Assembly: GCA_025603075.1 (NCBI GenBank)
Contig: MU626295.1
Location: 1-64,000, forward strand
Direction: 5' to 3'
Origin: Neoconidiobolus thromboides FSU 785
Taxonomy: Eukaryota > Fungi > Entomophthoromycota
DNA length: 64,000 bases
The translations under genes were made by a program, and so were the position numbers. The notes beneath the pieces are model-generated. The model was given only the letters and a program-made list of their open reading frames with translations, was not told where the DNA came from and ran no database searches. This document shows positions 12,306 to 25,001 of this stretch, in pieces. Every line of letters begins with the position of its first letter. Position 1 is the stretch's first letter.

Positions 12306-13258
12306 TTGTGAGTAAAGTGTGACTATTTAATACTATTATCGTTGAATTTTTGTTATCAAAAAATGGGTTATTATTTTATTTAACCATGCTTTTTTTAATA
12401 GATAAAAATGTTTTATAAATAAAATAATATTAATTTAATTTTTTTATTTAACACACATCGATTTTAAATAATTTTTTGCTTGACTAAAGTCTATTATTCA
12501 TTATGAACTAAGTTTTCACTATTTTAATAATTTGATATTTTTATACCGTCTAGTAGTGCTTTTCTAATGTAATTTAATGTTTTTTTTTGTTTTTTAATAG
12601 AACTTAATACTTTTATTAAATTTTATATATTAATATTTTTAAAAAATGTACTTAAGCATATTCACAGGTGATTAAACTAAAAAAGTAAATTTGTCTAAAA
12701 TTCAGTTTATTTTTTTCCACCCTTAACAAAATAATTCAACAATTTTTTTCTCCAAGCTTTGATGACACATATAAACGGCAGTGCAATTAAAAATTAGTTC
12801 GTTAAACGGACTAAAATAAATAAATAGTTTCTAAGGACAATTTACTTTTAAACTCAAGTTTAGTTATAAGTTTTGAAAAGGAAAAGTCAACAGAAGGAGT
12901 TTTATTTAAATTAAAATTATATGTTACGTTATAGTTTAATTATAAATAATAAATAGATGGAATATAGTAATTTAGCCTACACTCAAAAAAATTATTAAAT
13001 GAAAAGTTCACTAAACTATTACTTTTTTAAAAATAAGTATATTCCTTTTACCCAAAAAAGATGAAATAAAAGATTGATTAAGTGAACAGAAAAAGAGGGA
13101 ACGTCAAACTTTAATAGACATAAATTAAAAAAAATTTCAAATTTGTTTCATAAAATTAATAAGATGCTTGATAGACAAGAGCTAGTTTAAAACTTTATCC
13201 TTTATTTCTTAAAAAAATAAAACTCTTATCTTTTATTCTTTATTTACTTAGAACTAGA

Positions 13259-13792
13259 ATGTTATCTTATAATACACATAGACAAAGGAATTACTATACA
13301 AATAGCCAATCTAACTATTATCAAAATGAAAAACTTACTGTGCCCTGTTTATTATGCTCCATGGTACTTTTAGATGCAATACAGATAATTTCGCTTTATA
13401 ATCTTGAAATCAAAAACCTTACAAGTTCAAGCACAATATCATTAGCTTTATCATTGGCAACACAGATAAGCTTAGCATCCTTTATAGTGAATCTTTTATT
13501 GATAGAGCCTAGTAAAATTATATCAAAATTGCCAAAAGATATCTATGACTTGTTAAAATGTCCTTTAAAAACAATACTCTTAAGTTTGATCATGCTTTTC
13601 TTATCAAATTATGTATTTTATTTTTGTATCTATGCTATTGAATCGAGTGAGTTATTAAATAATAGTGGATTATCTGTATACTCCCTTTTTATTACTTCGT
13701 CATTCAACTCTATAGGTTGGGCTTATCTGGTTTATAATTCAGTTGATTTTGATATTTTGTTTGCTAACTCCTTAAGTAATCTCTCGTTTTAA
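13259..13792 (+). CDS. Hypothetical multi-pass membrane protein, 177 aa
   Basis: 534-nt open frame in AT-rich DNA with about 4 hydrophobic segments; no family recognised. Confidence 0.55.
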   Translation: MLSYNTHRQRNYYTNSQSNYYQNEKLTVPCLLCSMVLLDAIQIISLYNLEIKNLTSSSTISLALSLATQISLASFIVNLLLIEPSKIISKLPKDIYDLLKCPLKTILLSLIMLFLSNYVFYFCIYAIESSELLNNSGLSVYSLFITSSFNSIGWAYLVYNSVDFDILFANSLSNLSF

Positions 13793-14274
13793 TTTAATAA
13801 AACACTAATATTATTGTTTATTTTGGATTGTTCATGTTTTATTTAATAATTATAACTGCTTTTTAAATATTGCTCTTCTAACTTATATTATTCATTAATG
13901 TAACTACATTCTTAAACGAAGCTTTAGAATAACAATATGTTTGAACTTCAGTTTACTTTTCTTTTAAGAGATTTAGTTAATATAAAACTTTAAAAGCACC
14001 AATTGTTAATTTGATTTATGTGTATATATTTATTGAAAATGAAGAACACCGCTGTAAAGTGTACTTGCATAAATGATTTTAAGGTTGAATCTAAATTTAG
14101 AAAAAAATAAAATTTAAGGTGAAATGAAAATGGCACTTAAATTACTATTTAATCAATAGACTTAATAACGTTTAATAATAAAGTTAGACCATATTATCAA
14201 TAATCTAAAATAGATAACTAAAAATAAAATTCTTTATTTATAATAATGTAATATAATGGTTCAACCTTAATAAA

Positions 14275-15779
14275 TTATTGGCTGTCCTTAACCTCATTCT
14301 CGGTAGCTGGAGCCTCTACTTCAATTGAGATAGTTTCTTGAACGGATGTAGTAGCATTAGTAGTATCGTCAACCTTGGTTTCTGTTTCAACTGTAGTTTC
14401 AGTCTGTTCAGTCTTAGTTTCAGTCTTAATTTCAGTCTGTTCAGTCTTAGTTCCAGTAGGTTGATTTGGAATATCTATGTTCTTTTCTTTAGCTTCTTCA
14501 AGGACTTGAGCAAACACTTTAAGGAATTTACGGCGAGCTCCTAAAGCGGCAACTCCTTTCTTTTCAAGTGCTTCGTCATCAAGGACAACAATATCTTTCC
14601 AATACATGGTTTCAAAAAGATGAGTATATTTATGAAGTCTAAGAGAGCGCATCCATACTGGAATGTTTTCAAGGACAGCAAAGTCAGTTGGTTCAGCAGG
14701 TGGTTTAGGATCTTTAAAGGATTGTTTACTAGGCGTGTTTTGAGTAGAAGTTTGGCTTTGGCTATATTGAGATGGCGAGAAAGAAGGGTTATGTGGAGTA
14801 GCAGCCCAAGAGATAGGGGAGAGGCCTGGCGGAAAAGCAGGAGAGTTAAGGGACTTTAAGGCGGATTTTGGAGTCTTTGGAGTTTTTGGAGTTTTTGGAT
14901 AAGCGAAAGAACCGGTTTCAGCTTTATTTTCAACTTTCAAGTTAAGATTCTTTGGATTCTTCACCTTAGAGGGGGCCTTGCCCCAAGTAGAATCTTTAAC
15001 AAAGGATGCAGATTTAATGGATAAACTGATCGGACTATAATTTTGACTCCATTCATTAGCAGAGGCTTTTTTGACATCAAGTGCCACTGGGCGACTTGCT
15101 ACTCCACGATTAATGACTGGTTTGTATCCCATAATAGATGCATCACCAATACTTACTGATTTGGAATGACCATGTCTTCTTTTAACTCCATTTTCTGGGG
15201 CCATTAAATTGTTTCCCCCTTCAGTCTTTCCAGATGCAACTTCGTTAACAGCTAAATGAAGGTTAATAAATAAATTTTGAAAAATAATATAACTTACTTT
15301 GAAGGCCAAACTTAGGAGGGAAGGCTGGGGAAATCAAATCATGTGCTGGATCAACAGTAAGCTTTTGCAACACAGTAATAAAAAAACGTACTTGGACGTT
15401 AGTACATTGATGGAGTAAGGAAAAAAGGGCTGCAGTTCTTTCAGCTTCAGAAAGGGCAGAGAACCAATTCTCAACTGATCCAAGTTCCTCTTTAAAAGAG
15501 GAATCAAGATTGGCACGAGACATTTCTTCAAGCATTCTTTCATATTGAGCAAGATCCTCAAACCATTTATTCAATTCCTCACCTAATAAATATAAATAAA
15601 AGTATTTAATATTATGATAAATGCTTACTTTCCAAGTTAGGAGTGTTGAGTGTGCTAAGAATCTCTGAAGTAGGCTTAATTGCTAAAGCTTTTAAAGGAG
15701 CAGGACTATTTGAAGTAGAAGGTGCTTTTTCGGGTTGAGATTCAATGTTAGTTGCTTGTACCATCATATTTGCAGGCAT
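14275..15779 (-). CDS. VTS1: SAM-domain RNA-binding protein Vts1/Smaug, 3 exons (15779-15629, 15582-15298, 15251-14275)
   Basis: Conserved N-terminal block [51 protein letters not shown]; SAM domain [17 protein letters not shown]...[15 protein letters not shown]; GT-AG introns keep phase. Confidence 0.93.
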
Positions 15780-17987
15780 TTGATTAAATAGGTATATAGT
15801 TTATTAATTCGAATGATTTGTGTGTTTTTTATGCAGATCAAGCACGAATGATTATTAAAATTAAATTGGAATTAAAAATCCTTGATAAAAAAGGTTGTAA
15901 AGTTGATATAAAACTGATCTAAGTTTAAAAAGTTTTTAAATTGAAAATGAATTATCGAGGATTTTATACTTTTTAAATTAAGAACTTGTTCCATTAATAA
16001 AATTTCGATAGTTTAATTATCATTGCATATGATATTTATCAGCAAACCATTCGTTGAATATTTTGTTAATGATTCGTTTATTTGCTTAGAGCTTCTAAAA
16101 AAGTCAACTGTAGACCAAATAGATCAACATCGGAATAAAATAAATAGCAAATCAAAAAGGATTTTGTTATAAATGTGATAAATTATAACACTCCTGTAAT
16201 TATAGTTAAATATAAATGGTATAGTTAATCAATATATTTTTACTGCTGAATTTTACATATAATATTCATAATATTTTAATAATCATCTAATTAAATACTG
16301 TTAGAACAGATACATTTAAGCTTTAATTCTTAATTAAGATCTCTAAATAAATCTCATGGAATATTTAATTAAGTGATTAATTAATTTATATTCCGGATTG
16401 CAGTATTTTACACTAATAACTTTACTAAACATTAATATCAATACTAAAGTGAAATTAAGTATTTGCATAAACTTTTTACTTTGCTTTAGTATAATCATCA
16501 GCTTTAATTAAATAATTTAAAAATAAAGTACAAATTCATTATAAGCTCAATTGGTTATTCTACAAAGAGCTTAGTTCATTGATAAATGCCTTCTACCCAA
16601 ATAAAGCAACTGAATTTGATTTTCAATTAATTGAATATATTAAAAATGTTATTAAAGCAGCTTTTATAAATATAAAAGGACATCAAATAATAATACAAAT
16701 TAGTAAATTCTTATTTGGAAAGTATTTAATAGATTGTTTGATTATATTTGACTTTTTGTTACAACTAAGTGACACTTTTTGCTTATAGTATTATATTAAT
16801 CTAAATAGTATATTGATATCAAATAATAACTATGTTAATAATTTATAACTTGGTGTTAAAATCTAATTTAATTTTGCAAAATTCATTTTTATCTTTGCAT
16901 TTAGAAATCGGCTATTTTAAATGTGTTATCGCCATTTTTTTGAATAAGTGTTATATAAACTTATACTCCTCTTAAAATATTTACTTTTTGTCTTGGAGGA
17001 AGGTACGAGAACGTTATTACTATTGTTCTTATGTCCTCGCCTAGCATTAGCTGAGCAGAAAACCTTATCTTCCCTTCAAGACTTGCTAGATTTACTTCTT
17101 CCCTCATCTTCCACTAATATCTTATTTTTTATCTTTTAAGTGAACAAACCCACTGGATACTATCTATGATAAGTACGTTTTAAAAAATGACATTTTGATA
17201 CCTTCACTTGTCAAGCACTAAAATCAAAAGTTATTAACAAGAATGTGAAGCATATTAAAACAACATTTAAATAAATACAAAAGTAGTACAAGTAAATAAA
17301 AAATAAATCTTAAATAAAGTTTGATGAAGGCAAACCAGTATTCATATAAAGCCTTTACTAATTCTTAATAAAAAATTCCTTTTGTATAGAACAAATTCTG
17401 ATTGAAAAGCGGACAATCGAGTTAAAAGCACATCATAATTGACTTTCAAGGACTAACAGCTTCCCGTTAGTCTTTAAGTAAAATCTATTCAGTGAATTTC
17501 ATCCATAACTATTAATATTAGCGCAAGTATCTGGGATTAGGACTTGAGTTCTCATTTTCTACATTATGTTAACTTGCTAGATTTTTTACACCACCAAAGT
17601 TGATCCATCAAAAGAAAATCTCTCTGGACATTCAATTTCTTCGACTATTGGATATTTTATATAGTAAAAAAATTACGCTCTAAATTGGAAGTTAGACATT
17701 AAAGTTATCAGTTAATGACATAAAATCTCATTTTGGTTGATATTATTCTAAAATGTTTACTATCACCTTATTAAGATATATAGGTTTAAATAATGGATTA
17801 ACATTACAGGCTCGGGCTATTACTGAAGGATTTTCTATCAGTTTGAACTAAGAACGGCTTTTTAGAAGAAATGCCATATATTGTTCTATTACTATTATAG
17901 CAACATATACCGTTTGTAAAATTGATTATTTTGATTTTATCTAGAAATAGCATATTATAAAAATTATTAGGTTAAATAAAACAATAT

Positions 17988-19080
17988 TTAAAAGTAGATT
18001 TTTAAATTGATTTAGAATGAAAAAAGTATGTGATGATTATATATATTATCTTGTAGTTATTATTTCCTAGACTCCTGGTACTATAACTCCGTAGATCAAA
18101 CCTTTGGCTTACATGTGTATAATTTAAATTTTGTATATTCGATATTTGAAGGTTTTTTAAACTTGAAATTCTTTCAAAGAGAGGTTCGAAAGCATCTATC
18201 CTACTAACCTAGATCTCCCTTAAACATGAAGCATCAAAAAATGAATTTATACTGTACATTTGTTTACTAAAATCAAAAGATTGAATCCTTAAACATGTTG
18301 ATTGGGCTGTATCATCATAAACGAAATCGTTTACATTTAAAAGTACCATTTTGTTAAAATCATTACCTAAAAAGCTTATAGGACCTTTATTTGACAAGGT
18401 ACCTATTAATTTTAGTACATCAAGTGAGTTAAATTATGGAGTGTTATTAAAGTTTAATGGTATTAAATAAGTATCACAATTAATTATTAACTTCTTTAGC
18501 TGCTTGAATAGCTCTTTTAATTTTACAAATCTGTTTAAATTGATTGAAACAGGTTTAATTTTAAATGCTGTAAGTTTATCGAGATCGAGTAGATTAATAA
18601 AATTATCTAAATCAAATGAAACTTTAATACTAACTGTTAAATTTTCAATTTCAGATGACAACTTTATATGCTTTATTATAATTGATTCATGTTTACTCCC
18701 TATAAGTAATATTATATTCTTTAGATAGAGCGAATAGTATGGTATTAAATCACATAATATGTTAATATAAGTTAACTTTGTATAATCATCACTTAAGATT
18801 TTTATTTTAGAGCACGGTAATAAACAATTTAATCGATCACTTTTTATATTTAAGTATTGTACATTGCTACCGTGATTCTTACAGAGAAAGCGTTGAATAT
18901 ATAAATGGATTAATGAATTCAGTTCATCTGAGTAGGACAAATGATTGTAAATGAGTTGAGTAAGTTATCTAAACAATGCTTTATCTAAAATATTAAATCA
19001 ATCAATTTGTTTATGACATAAAATTAAGAGTAATACTGCTTACAATATCGGATAAGCCATCCAATTTTAAAGCGTTGATT
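17988..19080 (-). pseudogene. Distant pseudogene paralog of the F-box/LRR family
   Basis: One frame runs from 18940 to 17988 through two premature stops (18434, 18209). YIQRFLCKNHG aligns with YQQNFIEQNG, FDLDNFINLLDLDKL with INIDNIVKHLIPNKL, and ISFLGN with IEFLGN. The 5' boundary is approximate. Confidence 0.65.
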
Positions 19081-19592
19081 TTAAGCTTTTAGTATACAAT
19101 AAAGATGATCATTTCTCTTTCTACCTGTAACGTCCTACAATGTTACAAATTAAATAGAAATCATATCACCTCTATTCATCTTTAGTACCTTTGCATTAAA
19201 TGCTGCAGTAAAGTTAATCAAACACTATTCATCTTTCAAGTGCTTCCGTTAAACATCCTTATACAAACCTTACTAAAACGTTAAACAATATATAGTGTGA
19301 TATAACTACGATAAGCAATAGCTTTATATATTTTTTGTTTTTATATAATGTACACAAGTTAATACTATTTAAGTAAAGGGTTTAAACTTTGATAGATTAT
19401 TTGCTTAAAAAGAATAATCAAAGTTTATTATCAGTAGTAGTCAAAAACAAAACCAATAAAACTCAGATAGTAAAAGGGATCTAAAAATCAAATAAATTTG
19501 ATATCAGTGGTTATTCTAAACCATTTTGAAATGGCATCCCTTATCTCTCAAAATATAACTTCTTACTTTGTATTAAATAAAAGACGACATAT

Positions 19593-19692
19593 TGTGGGTG
19601 TTTTTTTTACTTCATTACTTTTTCCATCTTTCAAGCACTATTTGAGTGGAAAAACCGTTAGTAAAATTCCTAGATACAAAAATATATCCCTT
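19593..19692 (-). mobile_element. MITE copy 7
   Basis: Reverse consensus match (ttcattactttttccat...agcactatttgagtggaaaa...gttagtaaaatt); ATAT on both flanks. Confidence 0.88.
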
Positions 19693-21183
19693 ATATTATG
19701 AAATGGTGGTTTTCTACTAGTAGGGCTTTTACATCTCCCATAACTCAGTATAGTTACTTTTAATCTGTAGAACTCATATAAGGGATATCTTTGATATGTT
19801 GTCTATTTTTACAGGAGTATTCGTGAGCATGGTATTTATAATTGGTTAAAATTCACAATACATTTAAAGTTTTAAATCAAATATACAGCTTTAACCTCAG
19901 ATACTCATGCTATGCTTTGTAATAATTTTCATCCTATTGAAACATTATACCACTTGTTTTTCTTATTATCGCTATTTACCAACTCAAGTGGATAGATGAT
20001 CATATTCAAAACACACTCTTTCGTTCTGTTATTTAAAAACACCACAAATGACAGTCTGTCTAGCGAAATCATCACTTCAAATGCCTCATGAAATCTATAA
20101 AAACGTACACTCTTGAGCACTCATATCAACAGTTAATTTATCATTTTTAATCCTAAACCATTCTCTAGATGAAAATAGCTTAAAACGGAAGGGCATTAAT
20201 TGAATTAAGGTTGTTTAAAATACAGGTGAGTTTAAAGAGCTGATTAAAACCTCAAGCAATATTTTCCTATTTGAATTAGATTTAAGTTAACAAATCATAT
20301 TAATTAAATTTAAAAAGAAGTAAAAAATACAATTTCACAGTACTTGTCTTCAATGAACTTTACGATAAATCTAATCCGGAAAAATATTGAGCCTTGGGTT
20401 TAAATTATCCCAATCTTAGTTCTAACTAGATTCTTAATTTCTTTCGTGTATGTTTCTAATTAAAGTTTGAATCTATTGAGAAGGAATTCTATAATAAACC
20501 TTAGTATTACTATCTTCTATTAATAACTTATAATAAAAAAGGATGATTTAATACAAATGACAGTATGCTCATACCATATAAAGAATTATTTCATTTACAA
20601 AATTCTTACTATAATATCAGCTTATAGCTAGATGATAAGACGTCAAAGAAATGAACTATTTTAAGATCTAAAAGGATTTTGACAACTAAACTTTCAAAAT
20701 CAGACATTTAGTCTATCCTACCTCTACTGTTTCATACATCTGGATTTATCTTTATAAAGCGGAAAACAACTCAAATGTTGTATATGATTTGGTCGAAATT
20801 AGGCTCTCCTAAACCAGAGTGTTTCCTATATAGTATAAAAGTTACATCTTACTCTAAATGTTCCTTACTTCTTCCTCTAATAGCATTTTAAACCCAAATC
20901 ACCTCTATTTCAACTCTGATTAAATTTTCTATTCATTATTGACGCATTTGCAAGTCTCGAAATTCAATATTTTGAAAGAAAAAGTGATCTTTTTAATCTA
21001 TTTACTAGCATTCATATATTAATACTCATAATTTTGAATTATATGATAAATTTTTGCAATTTTTTATTTATGATAAGGATTGTATTATATTAAACAAAGT
21101 TAATTAATAATGAAAATGTTGTACATGTTATAAAAATAAAATAAATATTAGTATTAAGACTATTTATTATTAAAAAAAGACAA

Positions 21184-21489
21184 TTAATTAGCAAGATAGC
21201 CAGCAACAATAGTACCAAAGAGGGAGGCTACAAAGTTTGACTTAATTGAAAATCCGGAAGAGGTACCAGAAGTAGTAGAAACTCCACTAACAGTAGTTGG
21301 CATGTCCCCAGTTGAAGTTGAAGTTAAAGTTGAAGTAGATGCAGCATCGCCAGTAATAACAGTTGGTGATTGAGTGTCTCCCATACTAGAATTAGAGGTA
21401 TCCATTACTGAATCAGGAGAAGTATTAGAGCTATCTTGAGCAGATACTAAGGTAAGGAATACAGATACAATTAAAGTATTGAAACGCAT
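21184..21489 (-). CDS. Small secreted Ser/Thr-rich, probably GPI-anchored protein, 101 aa
   Basis: Signal peptide MRFNTLIVSVFLTLVSA, S/T-rich body, SSG omega-like site and hydrophobic C-terminal tail. Confidence 0.8.
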   Translation of the reverse strand: MRFNTLIVSVFLTLVSAQDSSNTSPDSVMDTSNSSMGDTQSPTVITGDAASTSTLTSTSTGDMPTTVSGVSTTSGTSSGFSIKSNFVASLFGTIVAGYLAN

Positions 21490-22235
21490 TTTATATTGAT
21501 ATGGAATATTATATATTTTTTAAAGTTGAAGCGTTGATTTTTATTTCTTTTTATAGCTTTTCTTGGAAATATGGTGTATGCCAAGCCATTTTAAATTGAG
21601 ACATTACTGAATTAAAATTTTAAAGCTCCTTTGGCTATTTGGAATCTTATTTTATTTTGGTGTATTCTATCATGATTTAATTAGGAATATAATTGAAAAT
21701 AATAGTTTTAGTAGTTCATTCAATAGTTCTTTAGTAAATAATATTCTTTTTTATTTATTGATGGATAAAGTTAATGATCCGGCTAAGTTCAAAAGTTCAA
21801 AATTTACAGTTTAACCTTTATAGTGATAATTTCGAGCTTATTCAAAAGGATGACAATTTCTATAGGATTTGTTTATAACTATCAAAAGCTGAAGAAATAA
21901 AGCTTCAAAAAGATAGACTTCGATTGTAAATGAACTCATATCCAAGGCCTCACAACTTTAAATCGAACATCTTTTTCCAGATAACGATACTTTAAAAGTT
22001 ATTTAAGGTCATTTTATATAGTAGTCATATTTTTTCAATTGAAAAACATTCTTGATTATAAGATAGTAGATATTTTACAATTAAAATTTAGTTAGTTTGT
22101 AAAAAAGCTATATCATAACAACCTTATACTCTTACCAATTAAGATTCACAAAGAAATCAAGATTATTAAACTTACGACCTAGTAATACAAAAAATTATTT
22201 AATTCACTTAATCTTGACTTTATGTTAGTATATAT

Positions 22236-22329
22236 GGGGATGTATTTTTTTGTTAAGAATTTTACCAACAATCTTTCCCACTTAAATAGCGCTCAAAAAT
22301 GGAAAATAATGAAATCAAAAAACATTCCC
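22236..22329 (+). mobile_element. MITE copy 8
   Basis: Consensus match; ATAT on both flanks. Confidence 0.92.
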
Positions 22330-22787
22330 ATATTTTATTACAATTATGTACTAAACAATTAGGTATGTTTGATTATTTTCAAATTTTCTCAACTAAATGT
22401 TAATAATTTAATATAAAATTTTAAAAAATGTATATAAAAGCTTAATATCTATATATAATGCTTCTGATTGATGGATTTTAGTTGTGATAAATTTTTTAAA
22501 TAACATATTTGGAATATAAATCCATTTGCTTACAATTTACTTTAAACTTTCATGTTTATTGAAATTCATTTATAAAATCATTAAAACTTTATTACAGTCT
22601 AAAATTTAATATATACTTAAAATAAATATTCTATAATAATATGCAGTGAAATTATCAAATAATTAAAAATATAGTTAAAAATCCTTTAAAATATATTTGA
22701 TATGCTTTCTATGCAATATCTAAAAATGATTAGAACTTTAACTTTTAAATTATTATCAAAATTTATATCTAATTCCACAAAATATAT

Positions 22788-22879
22788 GGGGATGTTTTTT
22801 TAGTTTTATTACTTTTTCCATTTTTAAGCGCTATTTGAGTGAAAAGATTGTTAGTAAAACTAAAAAAAAATACACCTCC
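22788..22879 (-). mobile_element. MITE copy 9
   Basis: Reverse consensus match; flanks ATAT/ATGT. Confidence 0.9.
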
Positions 22880-23715
22880 ATGTTTGTATTCTTTGTTTTA
22901 TAAAAATAATAAGATATAAGACACGAAACTGACATGGTATCAAATCTAACCACTTAGACTTTTTTTATATGATTTTAAAAATGTCCCAAAAGGTAAAAAC
23001 ATCCTGAGGATATTAAAAACCTTAGTTGATCTTTTGAATTCTTTTCTAAATACAAGTACATAATCTTTGTATAAATGATAGTTTTCCAATATAATGATTG
23101 TGCTATTTTGTAGTAATTATAGAGTTTACCAATGCTGTTTAATGTAGCAAATCTGCCTATAGTCTATGCTAAGCTATAGTGGCCATTACTATATAAAAAC
23201 CTACAGCCTGCCAATTTATCATATCAGAATATTACTTCACACTGGTTTAGGTTTGGCTTCAACAAGATAAAAAGCTACACGAGAGAGTGAATTAATACTT
23301 TTATAATATCTTAGAGTAAACGCTGTTTCGAAAATTTTAAGTCTGTTATTGATGCCATTTAAAAAGTAGATAATTTTAGGTTTTTAGAGTAAAAAAATAG
23401 TTTTCAAATATTTTGTTATGTAGTTTAAGAACTTGATATTTTTCCTATGTTTGCAAACTAATATGCCTGTAGTCACTTAAGTGATACAACTAGAACTAAG
23501 AATGTTTTTAATTTCAAATTAATAATGGTTACACTAATCCACCAAAAGGCTGTCCCTATCCCTTATAATTAATACAATATCACTCTAATCAAACACCTGT
23601 AAAAGAAAATGATAATATATTATAAACAGTTTTTATCAGTAAATTTACAAATGATTATAATAACCTAATAAATATTTACAAACTCAATAAATGTACAATT
23701 ATTGTTTATTTGAAA

Positions 23716-24609
23716 TTATTCTTTAACTCCAACCAAAAGTTTCATATTCCACACCACTTTTTTAACCTCCTCCGGCTCTCCCCAAGCCTTCAAAAGTTGC
23801 TCATAATTCTCAGTAAGCGCGTCTTTCTCGGTATCCTCTTTATACAATTGCGCTGATGATCGAGTTCTAAGATAATCACAATACTGATCTAAATTTAAAT
23901 GTTTAACCGATGAAAACTGTTTATTGACTCCATCGGAATCCTTTGTATGCCACTCTGGTGTTTTAAAAGGCCAAGGGATAGTAGAATACCCTTTTTTACA
24001 ATGTTCAACCTCTATAGGGTCGTATTTTTCAAAATAATCTTTTTCAATTTGAACATGTATTTGGTTAACTTCTTTGTTAACTTCAGGGTGCCAGTAAACC
24101 CACGCTGCTATGATCCCTCCTTTTTTTAATACTTTATTAACTCGTTCATAGAATTTATCAAATGGAAACCAATGTATACCTACAGCTACAGTGATTAAAT
24201 CAACCGAGTTTGGAGCTATTAGATTGGAATCAATAGCTTCACTTGGCTCTACTTCATATCTTATATTAGGCTTTTTTATTGCTTCAGAAATTTGCTTTTC
24301 ACTTAGATCAGTGGCTATTACATTATCAAAATAATCCGCTAATAAACTTGCAGCTTGACCATTTCCAGTGGCTACATCCCTAAAGAATGATTAAAGTTTG
24401 AATTTTATTATGGACATAGTGACTTACCAAGCCAATTCTCTTTTTGTAATATTCTTTGTTAAATAATCGAACAACTCCTTTGGATGAGATGGTCTATTTT
24501 GAGCATATATTTTAGAGTGGTTAGAAAATAAATCTTTGCTTTCACTTTTCATATTCGTAAACTTAATTTTAGTTAAAACACTTGCTAAAATTTTATTCCT
24601 TTTTAGCAT
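23716..24609 (-). CDS. Class I SAM-dependent methyltransferase (Methyltransf_11-like), paralog A, 2 exons (intron 24427-24380); second ATG at 24552
   Basis: DLFSNHSKIYAQNRPSHP, motif I AW|DVATGNGQAA, VIATDLSEKQI, SVDLITVAVGIHWF, VLKKGGIIAAW; open frame to stop at 23716. Confidence 0.92.
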
Positions 24610-25001
24610 TTATATAACTTTGTTAACCTTTGTCATGGTTACTTATATATAATCACTCTTGCGGAGTTATTTTTATCCTTAGTCCGTGAATTCTAAAATT
24701 GTCCTGAAGCATGGTAAGACAAATTATAAATAGTGACTCAATTTGTATAGTTTGTAATTAAAATAGTGTATTTAGACTTAGGTATAAAAAATAATTTATT
24801 TTTAATCTGATTAACAATTGTTATTAGAGCTAGAATAACATCATAAAGACATTGCAAAAATGATATATTTTATTTTTAAAATACTAAATTAAATCATAAC
24901 TTATTAATAACAAGTCATGCCACATCATACTTAAAGGAGGATGACGTTTGGTAAATAGAAAGTATAAATAACAACCGAAAATAAGAATATATTCAACAAT
25001 A

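Noticed and set aside
16940-17700. Slightly GC-richer stretch with a minus-strand LIVMDEIH (helicase motif II-like)
   Set aside because: Isolated motif surrounded by stops, with no other helicase motifs in register.
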